A stretch of DNA of 64,000 nt from a virus. A program made the position numbers and the translations under genes. Shown here piece after piece: positions 1 to 9,547 of this stretch (positions are counted from its first letter, which is position 1; every line of letters begins with the position of its first letter). Where the stretch lies: IMG/VR virus record IMGVR_UViG_3300005918_000012. One strand, given 5' to 3'. The notes under the pieces were generated by a model. That model did no database searches. It was not told the origin of the DNA and saw only the letters and a program-made list of their open reading frames with translations.

Positions 1-1
1 T

Positions 2-799
2 GATTCATTACATCAATATGCAGTTTATCCTACCGTTCATAGTTCTCAGTTGAACCCCGACGGTGATGAGCGTCAGATGGATCTTCGTCCAACAAAATAT
101 CGTAATGCTGAAGGTAAATTCAATTACGTTGGCAACTATCATTCAATGAGGCCGTTCTCTTACCGAGTCATTCGACCGTCACAGTTATTCACAGACGAAA
201 CTATTGATTTGATTCTGATGATTCGAGAACGTCTGTTAGCTCTGATGGGATTGATTGGTCGTGGCTTTGAAGGAAAGAGTGGAGATTATTGGACGTTCCA
301 GAAATTCAATCATATTGAAAACCTTGGAGCTACTTGGAATGCTGAAATCGGATTAGGATTACTTTCCAATGACTATATCCTTTCAATTCTGGGTCGAACG
401 GACATCTCCCCATTCATGAACAATTCCTCTTGTATTTCGATTTTGGATCGTCGTTTCTGGGTACAGGACTCCCGGTTGGATTCCTTAACACCAACGGAAA
501 CTGCTGACAACAATCCTTATGGAATGAGGCCTCTGGAAACCCCTCATATACCTTATACAGCCTATACTGACCCTACAGGAGAGCAAGTGCTTCCAGTACT
601 GCCCGAAAAGATTGAAGAAGTGTTAGACCAACGGGATCAGTTCCGATCAGCTCGGTATGTGTGGCTGGCTTATAGAACCCATAAGATCTTAGGAGTTCTG
701 GCTGGTATCAACCGATTTGACACTGAGTATTTACAACGCCGACAGGAGCAACTGGAAAACCTGATTAAGCAAGAATCTTTGGAGAAATTAACGACATGA
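2..799 (+). CDS. Hypothetical virion-region protein, 5'-truncated by the window edge
   Basis: The frame of ORF 50..799 is open back to position 2. Its stop overlaps the next start (ATGA). Confidence 0.7.
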   Translation, partial: DSLHQYAVYPTVHSSQLNPDGDERQMDLRPTKYRNAEGKFNYVGNYHSMRPFSYRVIRPSQLFTDETIDLILMIRERLLALMGLIGRGFEGKSGDYWTFQKFNHIENLGATWNAEIGLGLLSNDYILSILGRTDISPFMNNSSCISILDRRFWVQDSRLDSLTPTETADNNPYGMRPLETPHIPYTAYTDPTGEQVLPVLPEKIEEVLDQRDQFRSARYVWLAYRTHKILGVLAGINRFDTEYLQRRQEQLENLIKQESLEKLTT

Positions 800-1032
800 A
801 ACCAAACCTAAGCCCAGAAGACCTGATAAAAGAATTGAAAAAGATAGGCATTGACCCTGATCGTTGGGTTAATGTTGAAGAAAAGATGGTCAAGCCTATA
901 GCTTTAGAGCATCAAACGAAATTGTTGGTGCAGCTAAAAGGAATGTTTGAAGGGATTGTAGAACAGGACCGTAAAAAAATACTATCTCTTAAAGAACAAG
1001 TAGAACGACTTAAACATGGTGGAGGTGTCTAA
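796..1032 (+). CDS. Small coiled-coil hypothetical protein
   Basis: 78-aa ORF with GGAG RBS. Overlaps its neighbours on both sides (ATGA, TAATG). Confidence 0.7.
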   Translation: MKPNLSPEDLIKELKKIGIDPDRWVNVEEKMVKPIALEHQTKLLVQLKGMFEGIVEQDRKKILSLKEQVERLKHGGGV

Positions 1033-3917
1033 TGCCAAATGAACCACAATGGGGCACCGTAACTATCGAAGTTCCAGATTTCCTGAAAGATACCAGAAAT
1101 GCTATTAACAGTGTAGCTGAGTTCCTCGTTACAATGTTAGACATCGTTCTGGCTTCCCTGCAACTGGTCAAAGCATTCTTGACGGCTTACATTGACCCTA
1201 TAATGTCTCTGCTTCAAAAGATCATTGATGAAATTAACGGCCTCATACACGATATCCGCCAGATGGGTATATATATCACGGGTGACTGGAAACTCATGGA
1301 GTACCCTTTTGATGATATCAGAGGCGGTTACGATGCCTTTGAACGTCGAATGGTGGCTAAACTGACGGACAGAACAGATCCTACACGACCAGATATTTCA
1401 GGTAGAACACAAGTTTTCGGATTGTTTTTCTATCTGTCTGTGGATATTTCAGACATTCAACGCTTGATTGCATTCATCATGCGTCTGGTTGGTTTCTTCA
1501 AGCAGGAATGGACCGGAAATACTTTGCCCTCAGTTATCATTAATGAAATCAGGTACGGTTCGGATGCAACGGACGCTCTCTTACACCCTGTCTCAATGGG
1601 TGAAGCTTTCAAACAGTTGGCTGGTTCAGGAGATGTCCCTCAAGTTGCTCAGGTTCGATTCAAAACTTACACTCCGAACAAGAATACTCCTTTCAGCCCC
1701 TTCCCCTCGAATGCTTTAGGTCCAGATGGTTTTGCCATTACGGTATCCACATTCCCTGATGGGATTAAAGTTCAGTATGATAAACCTCGGTCAAACACTA
1801 CGACTGATGATGAAGGCAAGCAACCTCGTGATTATGGAGTTGTTCGTGGCACGGATGGTAAGCCTGTTGTGTTGTATGGTGGCACAGGGCTGGATAAAAC
1901 AGGTATGTTGGAGTTACCTACGGATTTAGGCTACAATCATGGGACTCAAAATGGCGGTCCTGTTGCAGGAAGTACCCGGATTTATGGATACACCACTCCG
2001 GCAGCTAATGCCCCGATCCCTCTTGATATCATGGATGGGTATTTCCAGAAAACTTTCTGGCTGGATAAAACCGAAGTGGCTTTCCAGTCTTTCACTGAGG
2101 AATATTCTTTTAACATGAGTTTTGATGATATGCCCTATGAAGGGGATATTGTTGTTAATGAAGACGGGACTGTGGAAATCAAACCTGTACTTTTACCTGG
2201 GTCAGAAGGGGCAAAACAAGCATCCACTGTCTATGTTAGAGTTGCTGCTTGTAATGAAAATGCTCTTGAGAAGTTTAAATATGATTTTGCAAATACACAA
2301 GTCACTAAGATGGCTGCTGCTCCTGGATATATTGTGGTACCTCCTAAGACAGGGTGTGGAGATGTCACTGACATCGGTGCTTGGTCACAACCACAGCGGA
2401 TAACTTTCCCAACTGCTGATACAGCAATGTATTTGGAATCTGTTAAGTCGGCTCTGGTAGTCCTTTTCCTTTGTCGGCCTGATCTGGTTACAATGGAAGA
2501 ACTTAAATTAGTCCTAACCCCTGAACAGATTAAAAAAATAGAAAACGATCAGCTAATTGTTGAAGGTACTGCTAATAAAGCCTGTGGTTTAGAAGGTTTG
2601 AAACAACTACTTCAAGTCTTGTATGATGGAGTACATGGTCCGAGTTACCAATGGAAACGCTCAGGAGAAGAACCTTTAGATTTTAGGTTTTCTCTTGATC
2701 GTCGAGTACGGAAATTTGTTCAGGACATGTATGCTAAGACAGGACCCCAGCCGGATGTTGAAAGTTTTATAGTTGAAAATACCACAAACCTCCGAACTGT
2801 TCAATGGAAAAATATCCTTGAAGATGCTGAAATAGACACGACTAATGTTACGGAGGCTTTTGAAAAAGCTACTCTTTTGGAGTCCATCAATAAAGACACC
2901 GATGCAGGAAAAGATTTGACATCTGGATTGGCTATCAATCCTTGGTGTATGGGTGTGAATGGTGATATGGCATTACAGAGAAATGGTTTAATTACTGGCC
3001 GTACTCCACAAATGTTTGAGGCTTTTACTGGGGATTCCATAGTGTTACGGGATTCTGTCCCAAAAGCAGAGATTGATGAATACTTGGCAACACTCCCTGT
3101 CAATATTGCATCTATGTACCGAGCATCTTTTGTAAATGAGGATGGGGATATAGAGATCAATTGGCTGAATAAAAAGGCTATGGAATTAATGTTGAGAGGG
3201 CTGGTTGAAGGATCTGCCGACCGTTCTCCTGTGGTATTTTCAAATCAAAATGAAATCAATAAGATCATAGATCAGATAGATACCATCCACTCAAACCCAA
3301 ATCGGATTGTATTTGCTCGGACTCTCCTGACTAACTATAACGACGGCATACTCATTGAGGAAGCTAAGATTGCTCTGAGTATGGCAGGGAACTTATGGAA
3401 ACGTGGTGATGACGGGGCGTGGATTGCTATCCGATTCTTGGATGTAATGCCGGGCATCGATGATTTCCTTGAAACCATCCGTAATTGGATTGAATCTATT
3501 AAGAATGCTATCGGTTCTATTGTTGACACAATCATTAAGTATATTGAATGGTTAGAAGCTCGTGTTATTGAAACTCAGCAGTTGATCCGACGAATCAATG
3601 CTCTGATTCAGTCCCTTCTGGGTAATTTATTCCAAGTTCCTGCATGTTCTGCTTTGATGTGTGTGTCAAATGGAACTGACGGGTTATTGGCTGACTATAT
3701 GAATTCAAAATACAAACCGAGTGATGGTCCTTTGGCTTACGGAGCAGGTTTAGCTTTAGTAGTTCCATTGATGCCGTCATTTGTTTACGATCTATTGTTA
3801 TTATTCTTCAAGCCCAAAGATGGTCTTGCAGGGGCTGCACCCTCAGATGGGATTCCATTGGAAGGTCTGCCGGGACCCCCGGGAGAAACTGAAGAAGATC
3901 CCCCAGATGTTTTATAG
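1032..3917 (+). CDS. Large hypothetical structural protein with amphipathic helical N- and C-terminal segments
   Basis: 961-aa ORF with GGAGGT RBS, upstream of the baseplate genes. Confidence 0.6.
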   Translation: MPNEPQWGTVTIEVPDFLKDTRNAINSVAEFLVTMLDIVLASLQLVKAFLTAYIDPIMSLLQKIIDEINGLIHDIRQMGIYITGDWKLMEYPFDDIRGGYDAFERRMVAKLTDRTDPTRPDISGRTQVFGLFFYLSVDISDIQRLIAFIMRLVGFFKQEWTGNTLPSVIINEIRYGSDATDALLHPVSMGEAFKQLAGSGDVPQVAQVRFKTYTPNKNTPFSPFPSNALGPDGFAITVSTFPDGIKVQYDKPRSNTTTDDEGKQPRDYGVVRGTDGKPVVLYGGTGLDKTGMLELPTDLGYNHGTQNGGPVAGSTRIYGYTTPAANAPIPLDIMDGYFQKTFWLDKTEVAFQSFTEEYSFNMSFDDMPYEGDIVVNEDGTVEIKPVLLPGSEGAKQASTVYVRVAACNENALEKFKYDFANTQVTKMAAAPGYIVVPPKTGCGDVTDIGAWSQPQRITFPTADTAMYLESVKSALVVLFLCRPDLVTMEELKLVLTPEQIKKIENDQLIVEGTANKACGLEGLKQLLQVLYDGVHGPSYQWKRSGEEPLDFRFSLDRRVRKFVQDMYAKTGPQPDVESFIVENTTNLRTVQWKNILEDAEIDTTNVTEAFEKATLLESINKDTDAGKDLTSGLAINPWCMGVNGDMALQRNGLITGRTPQMFEAFTGDSIVLRDSVPKAEIDEYLATLPVNIASMYRASFVNEDGDIEINWLNKKAMELMLRGLVEGSADRSPVVFSNQNEINKIIDQIDTIHSNPNRIVFARTLLTNYNDGILIEEAKIALSMAGNLWKRGDDGAWIAIRFLDVMPGIDDFLETIRNWIESIKNAIGSIVDTIIKYIEWLEARVIETQQLIRRINALIQSLLGNLFQVPACSALMCVSNGTDGLLADYMNSKYKPSDGPLAYGAGLALVVPLMPSFVYDLLLLFFKPKDGLAGAAPSDGIPLEGLPGPPGETEEDPPDVL

Positions 3918-3926
3918 GAGGTTACT

Positions 3927-4784
3927 ATGAGTTCTTTTGATAAAATGGTTACTTGGCCAGTTGGGTATTTCCGAAGCACGACCAGTTGGCTTTTACGAAA
4001 CCGAAAAGAAATAGGGGCTCGGATAAGTACCCTCCGAGCTGAGATTGATCGTATCGGTCATGTTTCCGTTGGTTATGAAGTTTCAACTTCGGAAGATGGG
4101 AAAACTGAAACTCGGAGTTCTCTGGATGTGACAAGGGGTTCTAATGTTGGGATGTTGATGCAGGCTTATGTGGCTAATGGAGGGAATCCTTTAGATATTT
4201 CCCCATTTATGCACCCACAAGAGAGCTTTCCTCACGGCGGTGTTGTTTATCCTCTGTCTGTGGATGACCATGAAGACCATTTGCCTGTCATGATTAAAGA
4301 CGGGGACACAGAAACAGATTCTGGTTATGGAGCTTCTATGGGTGGTTGGTTGAAAACCGACCGGTATTATGCACCCCGACAAGGTGGCCGTGTTGATCAG
4401 GGTTCATATGATTCTGATACAATCGTTACCGGAATGCATCAGGTTCGGAAATGGGCTAATCAAGAGATCAAAACCCGGCTTCAAGATATGGAGTGGAGAA
4501 TTATGAAACAGTGTGATTTGAGGGAACAACTTACAAAGGAAGCTGACGATGTTCTTCGTGAAGCCTTCGGAGGTGTCGTCAGTGGTGTAGATGAACCTGA
4601 TGACGGTCGGTTTGATAGTAACCTTCTGGTACAGAACATCGTTCAGGAAATGTACCAGCTAATTTATCAGACAGGTGAAAGTGGGTTAGTTTCTTCTTTT
4701 GCTCCTAACCCCCTAGTTCCGCTGTATGGATTCACATTTAAGAACGTAGAATCAGAAATGAACCGGTTTGAGATGGGCTGCTGA
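3927..4784 (+). CDS. Hypothetical protein (virion module)
   Basis: 285-aa ORF with AGGAGGT RBS. Confidence 0.7.
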   Translation: MSSFDKMVTWPVGYFRSTTSWLLRNRKEIGARISTLRAEIDRIGHVSVGYEVSTSEDGKTETRSSLDVTRGSNVGMLMQAYVANGGNPLDISPFMHPQESFPHGGVVYPLSVDDHEDHLPVMIKDGDTETDSGYGASMGGWLKTDRYYAPRQGGRVDQGSYDSDTIVTGMHQVRKWANQEIKTRLQDMEWRIMKQCDLREQLTKEADDVLREAFGGVVSGVDEPDDGRFDSNLLVQNIVQEMYQLIYQTGESGLVSSFAPNPLVPLYGFTFKNVESEMNRFEMGC

Positions 4785-4787
4785 TTC

Positions 4788-4808
4788 GGTGTAAAGCCTA
4801 TAAAAACC
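4788..4808 (+). promoter_or_regulatory. Putative phage late-promoter motif GGT-N7-YTATM-N4-CC (copy 1)
   Basis: GGTgtaaagcCTATAaaaaCC in an intergenic gap. Four further copies have identical spacing. Confidence 0.6.
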
Positions 4809-4836
4809 TATCAGTGGATTAAGGAGGAGTCCTTCA

Positions 4837-6015
4837 ATGAGTCGAGAATTTCAAATCGCGTGGCCGTGTGACCACCGGACAGTCGAGGAAAGTGTTCAAC
4901 TTGGCACTGACCGACGTTCGTTACTCACAAGGCAGCCTATAGCGGGGTCAGGAACCGTCCGAGTGATGGTTAATGATGAGCTGTATGTTCCTACCGGAGG
5001 TTTGTTCTCTGCTGCTCAATTATATAGTACTGCTTCGGGACCGTTCGATCTGACTGAGGGTGATGACACTCTGACAGTGGAGACTCCTGTAGGTTCCAAA
5101 ACTATTTCATTCGGGATCACTGGGGTTGCTCGAATGACCACCGACCAAGTTATTAGCTACCTCAAAAAGAATAGTTTTCAAGTAGCTATTGTCGAAAACG
5201 TCAATGGGCATTTAGTATTCTCTGACGGTTCAAAGATCGGGCCTGATTCTTATGTAAAAGTAAGTGGTCGAGCTGCCGAGTCCTTGGGCTTCGGGTCCTC
5301 TGAGTGCAATAAAGGAGCTTCAAATCAACGTGGTGCCAGAGGTATTCAGTTATACCCAAGCTGGAATCTTGCCAGGCGTCCTGATGATTTAGTGAATCGT
5401 TTCCCAGTATTTGATTACCCTGTGAAAGGGAATCCTCTCTTCAAGGTGTCTTATACAGTCATTCCAGAGAGATGTCTTCGGTGTGGTGGTTCTTGGGTTG
5501 AGAATGATTATCGTTACGGAACTGATGGTCAGTCCCTTATGATTGAGAATGAGAATCTCTTATATCAATCTTGTTTGAAGATGTTGTTAACAGACATCGG
5601 AAGCAATCCATATCATACGTGGTATGGTACTAATATTATGAGTAGGATTGGAGCAAAGGCTATCTCTGGGGTGTCCATGTTACTGAGTGAGGATGTCCGA
5701 AAAGCTTTGTCTAAATACCAATCCTTACAGGTTGAACAAGGAAAATATCAAAAAGTTACATTGAAGGAGCAGCTGTATTCCATTTTGAATGTTCAAGTAG
5801 CTCCTCACAAGCAAGACCCTACAACATATTTGATTGATGTAACGGTTCAGAATGCTTCGGGAAAACCTGTGGCTTTGAGTATTGTTTATACAGCACCTTC
5901 AGCGGTGTCTTTAATGGGATCGAACGGACTTATGTTGGGAACCCAGTCGGTTGGGTTGGAAGACGATAGAGTGTATCCTAACCAACTGACTATTAACGGT
6001 GTTCCTACGGAGTGA
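4837..6015 (+). CDS. Baseplate wedge protein with C-terminal gp25/GPW-like domain
   Basis: C-terminal 'ENENLLYQSCLKMLLTDIGSNPYHTWYGT...' matches the gp25-like pattern. Directly upstream of the baseplate J-like gene. Confidence 0.7.
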   Translation: MSREFQIAWPCDHRTVEESVQLGTDRRSLLTRQPIAGSGTVRVMVNDELYVPTGGLFSAAQLYSTASGPFDLTEGDDTLTVETPVGSKTISFGITGVARMTTDQVISYLKKNSFQVAIVENVNGHLVFSDGSKIGPDSYVKVSGRAAESLGFGSSECNKGASNQRGARGIQLYPSWNLARRPDDLVNRFPVFDYPVKGNPLFKVSYTVIPERCLRCGGSWVENDYRYGTDGQSLMIENENLLYQSCLKMLLTDIGSNPYHTWYGTNIMSRIGAKAISGVSMLLSEDVRKALSKYQSLQVEQGKYQKVTLKEQLYSILNVQVAPHKQDPTTYLIDVTVQNASGKPVALSIVYTAPSAVSLMGSNGLMLGTQSVGLEDDRVYPNQLTINGVPTE

Positions 6016-6019
6016 TGAT

Positions 6020-9000
6020 ATGACGACAGAAGATACAAGAACACCAAAATTCTATGGACCTGATAATGTTCTCAGGACCGAATACATTTTTTCGACCGAT
6101 CAGTCGTTTCGTACTTTCACAGGAATTGTGGATGCTGACACTGTAGATGTCCAAGTCTCCCTTCGTGGGGGTGCTTTCACGTCTGATCCTGATATGGTTT
6201 CCTTTGAAGGGACAGAATTCATTATTCCTAACCCTTCCGCTTTCCCTGACGGCCTTCAACTTCTTCCGGGTGAGAACCCTATAGAAGTCCGAGCTGTTAT
6301 GTCCAACGGGAGTACATCCTCAATAGGAAGCATTCAAGCTAACCTATCCTTAGAACAGGATGTGAAAGCCGGAGTTATAGCTCCTAGTGGTATCTATGTC
6401 GAACGATTAGACCAATTGGTTCAGATATATGTGGATGGGCTTGTAGATACCAACGTCACAGGATATCAATTTTATGCTTCAACCGAACCTGGTGGTGGAG
6501 CTGTAGGGTATCGAAGGATCTCAATATCTCCAGTTATTTCTGGGGACACTTATGAAAAAACGGCTGACCTTGGGGAATTGAGTGTAGATGCTCAGGTTGC
6601 ACGGGATGAAGACGGAGAGATGCTCTCAGAGCCTCAGTATATTCATATGCTCAGTACTCAGGTTGACCGAACAGGGACAATCTTTCAAACAGATTTGAAT
6701 CAACGTATCAGTATACCTGATACCGTGGAGCAGTTTAGAACGAGTATTGCTTTTGAATCAGTGCAGGAACTCGAACGGTTTTCTTTTGTCCATAACCGAC
6801 AAGCTACCCCCCTGATAACAGAGACTTACCCAGCTGTCCCTTATGCAGATTTTTCAACTTTGTTGGATACTGACCCGATATATTATGTGGTCACGGCTCT
6901 CTATGTGATTGATGAGAAAGAATATGAATCAGCTTATTCTCCCGAAGTGTCTGCTACTCCTATTATAGTATCTCCTTTGGTGTCGTCTTTACCATCAGTT
7001 TCCCGACAGCAGATTGTTCAGGATGTCACTTTATCTATTCACCGGTCACACCCTGAATTGGATGTGAAGCCCGGTGCTATGATTCGGGACGTATTTGTAG
7101 ACCCATTCTCAACAGAAGCTGAACGTATCCGATTTATCTTGGGGTTCGTCCAATCTTGTCAGGCATTCTCTACATTACTTGATATTGATGACCCTAACAA
7201 TACAGGAACGTCACTTGAAGTAACTAACTCTCCATATAAACTAGCTTTGAAACAGGCTTTCTATCTGCAATCCAACATAGATGTGCAGAATATGATTGAC
7301 AATGCATTCGACAAACTGGCTTCTCAACGGGGGGCTGTTAGATTGATTGGTAAGCGTTCTCGTGGTGAAATCACAGCCTACGTTACAACCAAGCCTGTCA
7401 CTTCTATATTTGTTCCTCTAGGTTCTGTTGTTACGGCAGGTACTCAAACATTCAGGACTACCTCTGCTGGTTATATTACTTCGACAGGCATCGGATCATC
7501 TTATGATCCTGTTACAGGCCGATATTTCATTCAGTTATTCATTCAAGCTGCTGACACAGGCACGGGTGGAAATTTAGCTGCTGGTCAAATCAGGTCTTTC
7601 CAAGGCGGTCCTGCAGGAGTTTTATGTTATAACTCCGTTGCAACCTACGGTGGTCGGGATGCTGAAACTAATCATCAGTTGGCCACTAGGGCTGACGGTG
7701 TTCTTTCTAGTGTAGATACAGGGACTTACCGTGGATATGTCCAGACCACAAACGATATTAGTGGTGTGTTGGAAAATACCGTAGTAGATGCAGGGCATTC
7801 TTTGATGCTTCGAGATTACAACCCTGAAACTGAAAAACACACAGGTGGTAAAATAGATGTGTGGATACGTGGTGAAAATCTGGCCACAATTAAAGACAGT
7901 TTTGCTTTTTCCTTTGAGATTGTGAACCGAGGTCAATTTGAACCTCTTGGTTCATTAGCAGACCTTCGATTCCGAGCGGTCAACTCAAACTTGTCAGTTG
8001 ACAACCCCATCATGGAGATGTTGGATAATGAAGCTTGGGGATTTATGTTTGCTGATGATACCACAGGCAAAATATTTGATCTCACTGATGTCGAGATTTT
8101 GACTTATGACACAATTCAGTTATCGGCTGATTACAATGACCCGGAGAATATTGCTCTGACAGACGTGTTCCGAGGATCATACCGGTATCGAACGAGCAGT
8201 GCTTATGTCTTCCAGCGTCAACCAGTACGATCCCTGACCAGCTTGGTCGGAACTACTGGGACTGTAGACCCTGATTATTACAAGCTTTTTGCAGGCAGCC
8301 CGCCTTTGGATTTAGGGCGTTCTGAGGAATCGGGTGATTACTTACAGGTAGTTCAACCTGTGGGTGAATACATTTCGATCCCTTCTGGTGATCCTATTGA
8401 GGTTTCCGATGAACGCCACGTCTTGTTAGATGGGACTGAGTATCTGGATAACCTTGGGATTAATCCAATCACGGTTCGAGTTTATAACGTGGAAAGGTCT
8501 ATAGAATATTATGGTCCTTATCATCCTGATGGAGAACCTGATTATTCATTCGTGGATGAGTCTGGTGATTACCCATTAGGCATCGTACCTACTACTTTGA
8601 GTAGATTTACAGAAGGTCAAACGATTTCAGTAGATTACAGCCACGATGAGAACTTTGTTGTTACTTATGTAGTCAACTCCTTAGTTGGGACAGCCCAGCA
8701 GGATCTTGATGCTACTCGGAATATTATGGCCGATGTTCTGGCCAAAGACTCTTTCCCGATTGGGGTTGATATTACTGCAACTATCGTCACCACGAGTAGC
8801 ACGGCAAGTAGTAATGTGACTGTTGTGGATAGTAATGTTCGGACAGAACTCTCTCGGTTGTTCGGTACTTTCAGTCAGGGGACTCCTGTTAGGCAATCGG
8901 ATATTATCAAGGTTATAGATAAAGTTGATGGTGTTTCCTATGTCGTTGTACCTTTAACTGAGATGAAGCGTACAGACGGCTCTCAGGCTCTTTTAGAACC

Positions 9001-9547
9001 TGTTTTGACAGACACTGAGATTGATTTCACAGAGATCACGTATTGGGCTACGGATTTGATTAAGGTTTACATTCTGGAGAATCAGTTAGAGTCCGGATGC
9101 GTCAATGGTGGTGGTGAGTTTAATGAAACTAAAGGGGTCTATTTTAATTATATTTCCTTGGAAACATACAACACGACTCCAGATGCTCACGGCATTCCGT
9201 TGAATCGGAGTACCTACGGTGCTTACATCATCGGAAATGATGGCATGAATATTCAAGGTTACAGTGATGATGCAACTTTAGCTCTCCTTTATCCGTTTGC
9301 TACGGATGCTGAACTCTATCAGCATCGAATTGATCTTACGGCAAACAGGGTGTTAGTGGCACTTCCTACAGCCGTGACTCCTTTAGATAATGATTTCTTA
9401 GTAACTTATGTGGTGTCTGGTGATACAGGGGTGAAGAATATTAACCCTAACTCCATTCAATACCTCCAACTGGGGGATTTAGATTTCACTTATGATGAGG
9501 ATACAGATTCCTCGTTAATGGTTAGCGGAGGGCGTCGGAGTACCTAA
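6020..9547 (+). CDS. Baseplate J-like (T4 gp6 / P2 gpJ family) protein, extended
   Basis: Motifs 'LDVKPGAMIRDVFVDP', 'A..TGTGGNLAAGQI', 'GGRDAETNHQLATR' and 'PVRQSDIIKVIDKVDGVSYV'. Start placed at ATG 6020 after GGAG; the ORF track starts at 5999. Confidence 0.8.
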   Translation: MTTEDTRTPKFYGPDNVLRTEYIFSTDQSFRTFTGIVDADTVDVQVSLRGGAFTSDPDMVSFEGTEFIIPNPSAFPDGLQLLPGENPIEVRAVMSNGSTSSIGSIQANLSLEQDVKAGVIAPSGIYVERLDQLVQIYVDGLVDTNVTGYQFYASTEPGGGAVGYRRISISPVISGDTYEKTADLGELSVDAQVARDEDGEMLSEPQYIHMLSTQVDRTGTIFQTDLNQRISIPDTVEQFRTSIAFESVQELERFSFVHNRQATPLITETYPAVPYADFSTLLDTDPIYYVVTALYVIDEKEYESAYSPEVSATPIIVSPLVSSLPSVSRQQIVQDVTLSIHRSHPELDVKPGAMIRDVFVDPFSTEAERIRFILGFVQSCQAFSTLLDIDDPNNTGTSLEVTNSPYKLALKQAFYLQSNIDVQNMIDNAFDKLASQRGAVRLIGKRSRGEITAYVTTKPVTSIFVPLGSVVTAGTQTFRTTSAGYITSTGIGSSYDPVTGRYFIQLFIQAADTGTGGNLAAGQIRSFQGGPAGVLCYNSVATYGGRDAETNHQLATRADGVLSSVDTGTYRGYVQTTNDISGVLENTVVDAGHSLMLRDYNPETEKHTGGKIDVWIRGENLATIKDSFAFSFEIVNRGQFEPLGSLADLRFRAVNSNLSVDNPIMEMLDNEAWGFMFADDTTGKIFDLTDVEILTYDTIQLSADYNDPENIALTDVFRGSYRYRTSSAYVFQRQPVRSLTSLVGTTGTVDPDYYKLFAGSPPLDLGRSEESGDYLQVVQPVGEYISIPSGDPIEVSDERHVLLDGTEYLDNLGINPITVRVYNVERSIEYYGPYHPDGEPDYSFVDESGDYPLGIVPTTLSRFTEGQTISVDYSHDENFVVTYVVNSLVGTAQQDLDATRNIMADVLAKDSFPIGVDITATIVTTSSTASSNVTVVDSNVRTELSRLFGTFSQGTPVRQSDIIKVIDKVDGVSYVVVPLTEMKRTDGSQALLEPVLTDTEIDFTEITYWATDLIKVYILENQLESGCVNGGGEFNETKGVYFNYISLETYNTTPDAHGIPLNRSTYGAYIIGNDGMNIQGYSDDATLALLYPFATDAELYQHRIDLTANRVLVALPTAVTPLDNDFLVTYVVSGDTGVKNINPNSIQYLQLGDLDFTYDEDTDSSLMVSGGRRST

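Noticed and set aside
3915-3929. Readthrough fusion of 1032..3917 and 3927..4784 (TAG in frame with the next ATG)
   Set aside because: A strong AGGAGGT RBS fills the gap, and in-frame spacing is expected by chance one time in three.
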